A DNA stretch of 64,000 nt, from assembly GCA_051294375.1 (NCBI GenBank), contig CM119268.1, positions 8,303,008 to 8,367,007 of the forward strand, read 5' to 3'. Both the position numbers and the translations under genes were made by a program. Below, in pieces: positions 52,696-64,000 of the stretch. Numbering within the stretch: the first letter of the stretch is position 1; every line of letters starts with the position of its first letter. Source of the stretch: Paraspadella gotoi (Eukaryota; Animalia; Chaetognatha). Below the pieces are notes generated by a model. The model searched no databases. It was given only the letters and a program-made list of their open reading frames with translations, and had not been told where the DNA came from.

Positions 52696-53269
52696 CTGAG
52701 AGGGGAGAGAGAGGGAGAAGGGATAGAGGGAACGGAGATGGTGAATGTGAGAAGGGAGTGTCAAGAAAAAGATGTGAATAATTATCATTGTCATACTGTA
52801 AGTAGATAACAGTATATTATGTTGGCTCAAAGAAACACATTAACTCTCGCAGTCGGCCGAGCGATACCAACGAGACCATGGTGGCGATAGAGCGACCACT
52901 TTCTCTTTTTGAATTTTATCCATTTGCTTTTAGATTGTACCCTTTTAATGTACAACCTCCTGCACTCGTGGCGGACTTCAGTAACTTCCAAAGTTGCATA
53001 AAAAATACACTGTCTTTCCTTTTAAGAAATAAAAAAGAAAGATGTTGCGACGCTTGTGCCAGAGACTTGTGCTCAACGGACGATTACTCACTAGAGCCAT
53101 CGTCTTGCACAAAGACTCGGACAATTTTTTTTTCTTGCGGTCGAATAGGTGACTCATTCGGCGGAAGCATGAGAGCCGTGCAATGTAGGGCGGCCTTCAA
53201 TGACAAATTGTTTTGCTTGGTTGTGTACATTGAGGATCTCAACTTTGCTAAGACAGGGGTCTTAGACTT

Positions 53270-53389
<120 letters not shown>

Positions 53390-53738
53390 ACAAGGGTTTT
53401 CCGAAGAATCTTTCCTCACCTTTCCCTTTTTCGTCACTTTTTCCTCTCAGCACGAAACTTACCCTCGACTCGAAAAGAAAGAAAAAGAAAAGAAAAAGAA
53501 AAAAAAATGGTTTTGCGAATCAAAATATAAAAAAAAGGTCGAGAGTTTGGATGCCGCCCTTGATTAGCGCCCGGCTGTTTGCCGACTGCGAGCCGCTGTG
53601 TTCGCGGGCGGCCCGTCTCAGTTCCGGGATTACTTATTTCTATTTATAATTTCTTTATATTTATTTATTCATCACTTTTTATTTCTTTAATTCTTTATTT
53701 CCTTTTTTCGTTCTTTCTTTCATTCTTTTATTTTTTTC

Positions 53739-53829
<91 letters not shown>

Positions 53830-54059
53830 CTCATTATTTATTTTTGTTTTATTTTTACTGAGCTTTTTAACAGCACGAAAAATGTAAAAGAATTTTTAAT
53901 TTTTGTTCCCTAATAGGGAACTAACTCTTTATTATCCCAAATTGTCTTGTATACGTATCACTTTCCTTAATGCCTGGACAACAATAATGAAGGTTATAAC
54001 AATGACCAAAATGCCAAAAACGACAACGATGAAGACGATGATAGTTGGTGATAATGATG

Positions 54060-54115
<56 letters not shown>

Positions 54116-54224
54116 AATGAGGATTCGGATCATCGAAATTCCTCGTTCGTTTCTGTTTCCTCCCGTTTTGTCAACGACACGTGAAAAATAAAAAAAAGGA
54201 TCCTTTGCGATAAGCACGAGGAAG

Positions 54225-54226
54225 AC

Positions 54227-54275
<49 letters not shown>

Positions 54276-54700
54276 GATGATTCTGATTTTGATAATGATG
54301 ATGATGATGATGAGATGATGATGATGATGAGATGATGATGATGACGATGATGATGATGATGATGATTCTGATTTTGATAATGATGATGATGATGATGAGA
54401 TGATGATGATGATGATGATGATGATGACGATGATGATGATGATGATGATTCTGATTTTGATAATGATGATGATGATGATGAGATGAGATGATGATGATGA
54501 TGACGATGATGATGATGATGATGATTCTGATTTTGATAATGATGATGATGATTAAGATGATGACAATAATGATGATGACGATGCTGATGATGATTCTGAT
54601 TTTAATAATATGATGATGATGATGATTATTAGATGATGATGATGATGATGATGATGATGTTAATAATAATGATGGTTATGATTTTGATGATGACTATGAC
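54225..54700. repeat. (GAT)n array with higher-order TCTGATTTTGATAAT punctuation
   Basis: GAT runs are interrupted roughly every 70-85 bp by the same motif. Duplicated at about 61355-61810. Confidence 0.85.
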
Positions 54701-57270
54701 GATTTATATAATTATGACGTTCAGGACGATAACGACTTCAATTTAACATATAAACCCCGGAAAAAGACCTCGCGATGATGACGAATGTTTTCACAAAGAG
54801 AGAAGATCCTTGTGTTGTATAGATTTGCTCCCTCTATTTCCAGAAGACAACACTGACTCCCCTTCCAAAATTGAATTCATTAGATAAATAAACATTTAAG
54901 AAAGAAAGCAATATATAATTTGATTAAAGTAATAAGATTAAAATAAGCTAAATCCTTCATAAAATATAAAAATAGGAAATAGTGGAAACAAGTAATTGCA
55001 ATTTTCATATTCATATTATTTGCTCTTATTGCAAACAGGGAAGATTTTTAAATTTATCCTAACGTAATCCTTTCCTTTCTCTCTGAGCCCAGTTTAGCAA
55101 AATAGTTATAAAATAATAGTAATATTTCTAACATTTTTTTAATATCTAAACATGACTTGCTGGTTTAAACAAAAAAGTTGGCAATCACTTTTTGCCCACC
55201 ATTTTTTTTTCAAAAAAGTTTTCCTTCCATCATGCACACGAAAAAAAAAGTCAACAGAAGCAATTTTTATCGAAACAAAAAAAAGCAATTTCGAAGGAAA
55301 GTATTTCGCGTCGTCGTCGTCGTCGTCGTCGTCTCTTGGCAAGAATTGCAATTGCAAATCTGGCAGATTGCGGTTTCGCGCGTGAGAGATTTTCACCCTC
55401 GATTTCAAACGAAGCAACTTCCCGTAGAGGGGGAGCTACTGAAAGGGGTTAGGGGGGCGAACAGAGGGGGTCTGCAGGGAAATTCTGTGCTGGCCTGGGA
55501 TAGTCCTGAAGCAGATCACTCATACCGGAAACGACATCAAAAAACATTGGAAAACCGTAAAAGTAAAGCGGAATTTAACAAATCGAGGACATGGGAGAAT
55601 GGAGATTCTTCGCTTTTTTTTTTTTTTTTTTCTTTTTTCTGTTTATCAATCGATTTCCACAAAAAGATAATAAACGTTCCCTAAAAATGCTTGGAGAGGA
55701 TCGGCAAGAGAAAGCCAGAAGGATCAAGTAGTCCTGCAAAAATACTAAAAATTATCCCGCTATTCGTAAATAAATAATTATAAATATTTTTCAACGCGTA
55801 GCGGCAGAAATTTTTTTTATTTTTTTCAGTTTTGAAAAGGTAAAACAAGTGGCGACGCTTAACAGGAAGGTTTGCACGACAAAGAAAAGAGCAACCTTTC
55901 TTGTGTCTAAAACTGAAGAAAAAAATTTAACTCTTATTTTTTTGATGCGATATGTGTGTGCGTAGTCAAACGATTTCGTTAATAAATATATTTTATTCCA
56001 ACTCATCGTTTAGAATTACAAATGCAATCACGAAGACTAGTACAAATAGAATTACAAAAAAACTAGATATTTATCTTAATAATAAAAATGCAGTAACAAA
56101 AACGACGAGATTTTATGACGCGAATTTCGTACGGTTTATACGATCCAACGGCGCTATTCCGACCTAAAAAAAAAAAGAAAAACCAAAAAGTCGATTATAT
56201 ACTAATAACTATCTAGTCATATTCTTGCTAAATTTATTAAGCCCACTTAAGGTGATGATATTTAACAGTTGGGGACATTTATCAGTAAATTTGTGCCAAG
56301 AAAAAAATAGAAGAGAAGACAAAGCCCTTTTTCAATTATTAATAATATTTAATAATACAATTTATAATCATCACTTCATTTAAATTAATCTTACGAACGC
56401 CATATTGTATTTCTGAAGGCCCCATTGAAAGAGAGCGAGGGAGTTCCTGCCGCAAGGGGGCGAAGTCGCTCTGGATCGTCGCAGGATTTTGTGAAAGTGT
56501 TGAAACGAATCGCGACGGCAGCGCCGTTGCGGATCACCTGATTCAAGATGCCTGGCGGACGGATGAGGAAAGACGAATTCATAAGATGGCCATGAAAATA
56601 AACTTTCGTGCCACTCACAAACTGCCGAGTAACATTTTCACTTTAATCTTCACAATACAAGTAATCGTCGCGTAATCATTAATCTCCTTCCGTCGCACAT
56701 TTACCAATCTGCGCATATCACACGTTTCGCCACTATCTGCACCACTCAACCAGCTGCGCCCCCTATATTTCTGCACCGCTCACCATCTGCGCCCTACATC
56801 TGCGCACTCACCTCTGCGCCATACATCTGTAGAATCTCTGACATCCGGTCGACTCATTCCGGGAAGAGTCCGTCCGCTTTCCGAGGCAACGAAATCGAGG
56901 ATTTTCAACGGACCGCTGCAAGAAAATGTTGTTGTTGTCTTCTTTTGATAATTGATATTTGAAATTGGTAAACCGACATAAAATTATTCATTCATTCAAT
57001 AAATAAGCTTCTTGCTCCCAGTCAGGACCAATGACGACCATTCAAGCTTTCAATCAAAACTCAATCAAGACACCGTCCAGTTTTCATAACTCCCAAAAGC
57101 ACAGGCTTCCTCGTTAATAAAGTGGTAGAATATAATTATGAAATTTTTCAATTGAATAAAAGTATTTGAAGTTCGAAATATTCTTTTAGGATGCCTTTTT
57201 TTTTGTTCTTTATCACGTTCAAATTCCAAGAAAATGTTGCTTAGCTTTTCTTTTTTTCGAATTCGCTCAC

Positions 57271-58177
57271 ACCGGCGCCCGACGTCGTCGTCGTTCCGCC
57301 CACGACGTCGTCGTTCTCATCGCCGTTCCCAGTCGACGTCGTCATCGTCGTCGTCGTAGATGGCGCTTTGGTCGTCGTGACGCAAGGCTTGTTGTCGGAA
57401 ATTGGGACGCAGGCCTCGTCGGGATAACTACAACAAAGAAAAACCGAGCTCGCTAGTTTCACGGTTAAGATTTAATTAATTAAAGTTAGTTAAAATTTAA
57501 TTTAATTCGGCGACTTTCTTTTTTTACCTGTACATTTTCCCTTTTGGACAACTCATGTGCATGATGGTTCTGTCGTCCTGAACACTTGTAGTACCATTTG
57601 CACTGTCTTTTGTCATCGGGATAAACTCCGCGGGCTTTCCTCCGCAATTGGGGCACGAGGAGGCAGCGCCGTGTGCTGTCGTAGTCGCCTTTGTTCAGGG
57701 AAAAAACAGAAGACAAGCGTCACAACGAATCAAAATATCTAAATATCGAGAAACTATACGTGATTACGTATATTAAAAGTATTTATTTATTTACTTATTT
57801 TACTTTCAATTTATTTCTTACACGGAAGTTTCGCCTCCTTTCGGACTCCGCATTCCACTTTCGCCGTATTCCCTGCATTCCTTCGTCTTGAACGTCCCAC
57901 AATTTAGGGTAAGGGCAGATGAACTGTTCCGGGATCCCATTGTTCTGACACCTGCGCGGTAAAATAAATGAAAACCAATTGAAGGCGTCTTTTTTCAAAT
58001 TTTCACGTTGTCATGACGACGATACCTGTAGTACGTGGCGCAGTGAAACTCGTCCGTGATGTAGATAGGTGTCGCGCGGTCCGGATCTGTTCGGACACCG
58101 AGGCTGGCCTTGGTGGGAATGAAAGAAAAGAATGAATAAATGGAATAAATGAATGATAATGAAAATATATAAAATAA

Positions 58178-58214
<37 letters not shown>

Positions 58215-58264
58215 GTATAATAATAATAATATAATAATAAATAATAATAATAATAATAATAATA

Positions 58265-58295
<31 letters not shown>

Positions 58296-59870
58296 TATAA
58301 TAATAAATAATAATAATAATTAATAATAATAATATATAATAATTATATAAATATGATAATAATAATAATAATAATAATAATAATATAATAATAATAATAA
58401 TAAAATAATAATTAATAATAATAATTATAATATAATAATATAATATAATAAAAATAAGTAAATAAATGAATAAATCTTTCTCACAGGTCTCTTGTTGGGC
58501 CAATCGCACTTGGCGTCCTTAACGTTGTAGTGGATCCCCCGGGACAGTCCAAGCCGCTCGTCGACACCCTCTACGCAGTAGTGATAGACGGACAGATCGA
58601 AGTGGTCGCGAATGAAGAGGCGCCCGCGCGGGGGGCAGCGGAATTGAACGGGGACCGGCTCAGTGGGGGCTAGAAGCAGGAGGGTGGCGGAAGGTGGGGG
58701 AGAGAGATCGTGGGTGGACGGGATGGTGGTTTAAAGAGTGGAATGTTCGACAGAAAGTCTGACTATCAAAGACGGGGTTAATCGCAAGAAACGTACTGCT
58801 TTATTGCCGTACCAGTTGCGAACTCCAAACTTTCCCCATATTGGAGTGTTTTTAAAAACTAGAACTACATAAGCTTTACGATCGCGATTTATACTATTTC
58901 TAAATAGTATAAATCGCGATCGTAAAGCGTAATTATTATTACCTGGAGTGGTGGCGGTGGGGGCGATGTGCGGAAAAGAGGACCTGGCCAAAAAAAAAAA
59001 GGCGTGAACGCAGAACCAGAATCAATTAAACAAAACAAAATAAATAACCATTCTAAAAACTAACTAATAAACAAAAGTCAGATTAACTCACAATCGACTT
59101 TCTCCTTGTAGTCGCACTCGTGCTTTTTCGCGTCGTACCAAAGTTTGGCCGGACACTGAAAGCGGCCGCCGCGTCGCCGCCGACACGCACACGTAATAGG
59201 CAGAGCAGTCGGCCGGGTCGGAGCTTCGCCCTCTTTGTCGTCGGCGCAGGTGACTTTGCCCGTCGCCTGATTGACGGTGATGTCTTGATAGAAAAGGAAA
59301 AAGTTTTTATAATATATATAATATAATATATATAACGCGAACTCGGGCCTTTGTGTCGTTATATTTACCCGCGCTCATCTACCACTGCATTCAGTCAATT
59401 GCTCAGAGTAAATGAGATTATAAGATTTATAACTTTCAAAGGAGGAGGAACAATGTGTAGCTACACATGTATAGTCGAAAGCAGTTTATATAATTTTTCG
59501 AATCACCTTTCGCGCTGAGACGCGCGCGGCAAGGTACATCGCGTGCCCAGTTACACATTTGATTTTTTTTGGTCCCATCTGAAAATAAAAAGATAAATTG
59601 TATAATTTTATGAATATATATATTATGAAATTTTATGAAAACATCTAAATCAAAATTGACACTCGTTCAAACATTTGGTCTCAAACCCTACACCCCACCA
59701 CCTCGTGCCCGAGGGGCAGTCGAAGCTCTGCTGACCGCCCTGCTGGCACAGGTAATAGATGGAGCAGTCGTCGGGGTCGCCGAAGTAGCCCTGACCCGGA
59801 CACGAGAAGGGGGCGTGGTCTTCGTAAGGGTCTTCGAGGGTCGTGGCCCAGGGGATCATCCAGAGGAAGA
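57271..59870 (-). pseudogene. Second copy of the chitin-binding gene, frameshifted as assembled (likely artefactual duplicate)
   Basis: Same exons at an offset of about 7.1-7.2 kb. Several exons carry single-base indels, such as an extra T in the T-run at 59563-59570 and an extra A near 57581. Confidence 0.7.
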
Positions 59871-60459
59871 CTGAGAGGGGAGAGAGAGGGAGAAGGGATA
59901 GAGGGAACGGAGATGGTGAATGTGAGAAGGGAGTGTCAAGAAAAAGATGTGAATAATTATCATTGTCATACTGTAAGTAGATAACAGTATATTAATGTTG
60001 GCTCAAAGAAACACATTAACTCTCGCAGTCGGCCGAGCGATACCAACGAGACCATGGTGGCGATAGAGCGACCACTTTCTCTTTTTGAATTTTATCCATT
60101 TGCTTTTAGATTGTACCCTTTTAATGTACAACCTCCTGCACTCGTGGCGGACTTCAGTAACTTCCAAAGTTGCATAAAAAATACACTGTCTTCCTTTTTA
60201 AGAAATAAAAAAGAAAGATGTTGCGACGCTTGTGCCAGAGACTTGTGCTCAACGGACGATTACTCCACTAGAGCCATCGTCTTGCACAAAGACTCGGACA
60301 ATTTTTTTTTCTTGCGGTCGAATAGGTGACTCATTCGGCGGAAGCATGAGAGCCGTGCAATGTAGGGGCGGCCTTCAATGACAAATTGTTTTGCTTGGTT
60401 GTGTACATTGAGGATCTCAACTTTGCTAAGACAGGGGTCTTAGACTTTCTCTTCTCTCT

Positions 60460-60525
<66 letters not shown>

Positions 60526-60879
60526 AAGGGTTTTCCGAAGAATCTTTCTCACCTTTCCTTTTTCGTCACTTTTTCCTCTCAGCACGAAACTTACCCTCGA
60601 CTCGAAAAGAAAAAGATAAAAGAAAAAGAAAAAAGAAAAAAAATGGTTTTGCGCATAAATTAAAAAACGGAAAAATATAAAAAAAGGTCGAGAGTTTGGA
60701 TGCCGCCCTTGATTAGCGCCCGGCTGTTTGCCGACTGCGAGCCGCTGTGTTCGCGGGCGGCCCGTCTCAGTTCCGGGATTACTTATTTCTTTTATCATTT
60801 CTTTATATTTATTTATTCATCACTTTTTTTTCTTTAATTCTTTATTTCCTTTTTTCGTTCTTTCTTTCTTCTTTTTTTC

Positions 60880-60923
<44 letters not shown>

Positions 60924-61194
60924 TTCTTTCTTTCTTTCTTTCTTTCTTTCTTTTCTTTCTTCTCTCTCATTATTTATTTTTGTTTTATTTTTACTGAGGC
61001 TTTTTAACAGCACGAAAAATGTAAAAGAATTTTTAATTTTTGTTCCCAATAGGGAACTAACTCTTTATTATCCAAATTGTCTTGTATACGTATCACTTTC
61101 CTTAATGCTGGACAACAATAATGAAGGTTATAACAATGACCAAAATGCCAAAAACGACAACGATGAAGACGATGATAGTTGGTGATAATGATGA

Positions 61195-61248
<54 letters not shown>

Positions 61249-61747
61249 AATGAGGATTCGGATCATCGAAATTCCTCGTTCGTTTCTGTTTCCTCCCGTT
61301 TTGTCAACGACACCGAAAAATAAAAAAAAGGATCCTTTGCGATAAGCACGAGGAAGACGATGATGATGATGATGATGATGATGATGATATGATGATGATG
61401 ATGATGATGATCTGATTTTGATAATGATGATGATGATGATGAGATGATGATGATGATGAATGATGAGAGCGATGATGATGATGATGATGATTCTGATTTT
61501 GATAATGATGATGATGATGATGAGATGATGATGATGATGATGATGATGAGACGATGATGATGATGATGATGATTCTGATTTTGATAATGATGATGATGAT
61601 GATGAGATGAGATGATGATGAGATGACGATGATGATGATGATGATGATCTGATTTTGATAATGAGATATGATTAAGATGATGACAATATGATGATGACGA
61701 TGCTGATGATGATTCTGATTTTAATAAATGATGATGATGATGATTAA

Positions 61748-61778
<31 letters not shown>

Positions 61779-61941
61779 TTAATAATAATGATGGTTATGA
61801 TTTTGATGATGAACTATGACGATTTATATAATTATGACGTTCAGGACGATAACGACTTCAATTTAACATATAAACCCCGGAAAAAGACCTCGCGATGATG
61901 ACGAATGTTTTCACTTTGTCCATTGTACTCTTCCTGGCTTC

Positions 61942-62063
<122 letters not shown>

Positions 62064-62141
62064 GTTGCACTTAATCTTCGACGACAGGTGGCGATGAAGA
62101 GAAGAGAAGAAAATCCAAATCGATGCCAGAACAAACAATCC

Positions 62142-62223
<82 letters not shown>

Positions 62224-62248
62224 NNNNNNNNNNNNNNNNNNNNNNNNN

Positions 62249-62283
<35 letters not shown>

Positions 62284-64000
62284 AATGAGAATGACTCGGA
62301 CGAGTGATGATCCAGAACGTCGTTCCTAACCCTATTTGCGTTTGTTCTTAGTCGCGAAAGTCAGTGTTTATGAATATTCGACTTTAACACCAACGAGTTT
62401 TAAGATAAGGAAAGTTTTTATGTTAAAGAGTTAAGCAATTTTAAAAATTTAAATAAAATAAGTTAAGTAAGTGAATAAATAAATAAATAATTTAATGATT
62501 TATTGATTTATTGAAGTCAGTCCGTTTAACAATTAAAAAACTTTTTTCCGACCTGTAAAAGTTCCAAGGCGAAGAGACATCCATTCCATTTTCGTATTAG
62601 TTTTGTCTGACTTATTAGTTTTGTTTTTTTTTTCTTAGCGAATATTTATATTTTTATTCGCGAAACGTTCGGTCGCTGTCTTTGGTCATTTTTCCGACGG
62701 GTGGAGATATGATTGAAAATTTGGGGGTTTTTTTTTTCGTTTGCTTAAATTTATCTCTGTTTGTCAATGTTTTTTTGACCTATTCGGTAGATTTTTTTTT
62801 TTTTCCAAATTGTTTTCATATATACATGTTATATTCTTAATTGCAATTTAAATTTACCTACATTTCCTTCAGCATAAAACAGATCCACGCAAGTCGCAAG
62901 AACAGAGTTTAAAAAATTTTATTTTTGTCCCAAAAAAATAAAATTCAACATTTTTTGGTGAAATTCGTGAAAAAGACAAAAAAAATCGAGGACGAAGGAC
63001 GAAATTTCGAGAGGATGAGGTTGAGAGAGACGAAAGAAGATGAAGTCCGAAGGTGAGGATGAGAGAGACGAAAGAAGATGAAGTCCGAAGGTGAGGATGA
63101 GAAAGACGTGGATTAAAGGAAATCGATGAAGAAGACGACCAAGGCGACGACGAGTTTGAAGGAAGTTGAGGCAACAACGACTTTGTTATAAGTTAAAAAA
63201 GTAATTTACTACATTTTTAATGTAATATTTGTTGGCGCAAACTGGGCCCATCGGAGAAGTGAAAAAGAATTCGAGATTTTCATTTAATCTAAGGTTTAAA
63301 GTTTTTTTTTTTCCGGCCCAATATTATGAATTTTGGAGAAATGAAGAAAGTTTTGAAGCTGGGAAGAATCAAAATGGAGTAAATAGACATTTTAATTTGT
63401 CTCCCTTGTCACTCGGGTTTACAAAAAAATTATTTAATTCGGAAATATAAAATGCAGGATTTTTCTAATAGGCAAGGGAGGTAGAAACAATGGGGAAAGA
63501 TATTAGTTAAATTTTTACGCTTTCCTGAATATATAATGATACTATTTCCATATCGTTCGATCGGACGTTTTTTCGCTTTGTCAAGGGTTAGGGATTAGGC
63601 TCAAAAATAGGGACGAGTGAGAAGATTTAGTTTCTAATTTAATTTCCAAGATCAAAGTTTAATGGTCTGAACCAATACCATTTAGAATTTAAAAGTTTAA
63701 CTCTTAATTTATCATCTCCCCCACCCGACAAAAAAAATCAACACCCTCCAAAATATTTTGGCTCTGAAACGACAAACTTCAAATATGAAATCTTTTCATT
63801 TGGTTTTCTTTCTGGGAGGAAATATATTTTTTTTCAATTCTTTAATTTAGATTTTAAAAGAGCAATTGAGCGATTAGCGATTAAGTAAATTGCTCTGGCA
63901 AGAATTATAGATTTTACGCTACGGATATTTTTTTAAACCGGCTACAAACCTGACGCTTAAATTACACTGTCTGTTGGTTGTTTGACGTTAACATTGACTT

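Noticed and set aside
51947-52699. Plus-strand ORFs 51947-52153 and 52460-52699 (and their duplicates)
   Set aside because: Antisense shadows of GC-rich exons of the minus-strand chitin-binding gene.

Overview
AT-rich, microsatellite-dense animal (invertebrate) genomic DNA from a gappy draft assembly, with many N-runs between 21.1 and 32.0 kb and one at 62.2 kb. Main contents: (1) a full-length, coding-intact Ty3/gypsy LTR retrotransposon of the CsRn1/Kabuki type (5397-11430). It has a 4-bp TSD, a CHCC gag knuckle and a predicted -1 frameshift cassette. (2) A minus-strand, 9-exon gene for a protein with five peritrophin-A/CBM14 chitin-binding domains (50143-52695), which I reconstructed exon by exon. 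It appears twice because of a ~7.1 kb tandem duplication that is probably an assembly artefact: the second copy is full of indels and a PacBio-adapter-like sequence sits at the junction. (3) A candidate 4-exon plus-strand gene for a small signal-peptide protein with a hydrophobic C-terminus (42260-46379), not visible as a single ORF. (4) Helentron-like (HINE) repeats, tRNA-derived SINE-like heads, decayed LINE fragments, minisatellites and a perfect 27-bp-arm intronic palindrome. Nearly all other ORFs in the track are translations of simple repeats. I found no rRNA, intact tRNA or CRISPR array, and no clearly new multi-gene system.
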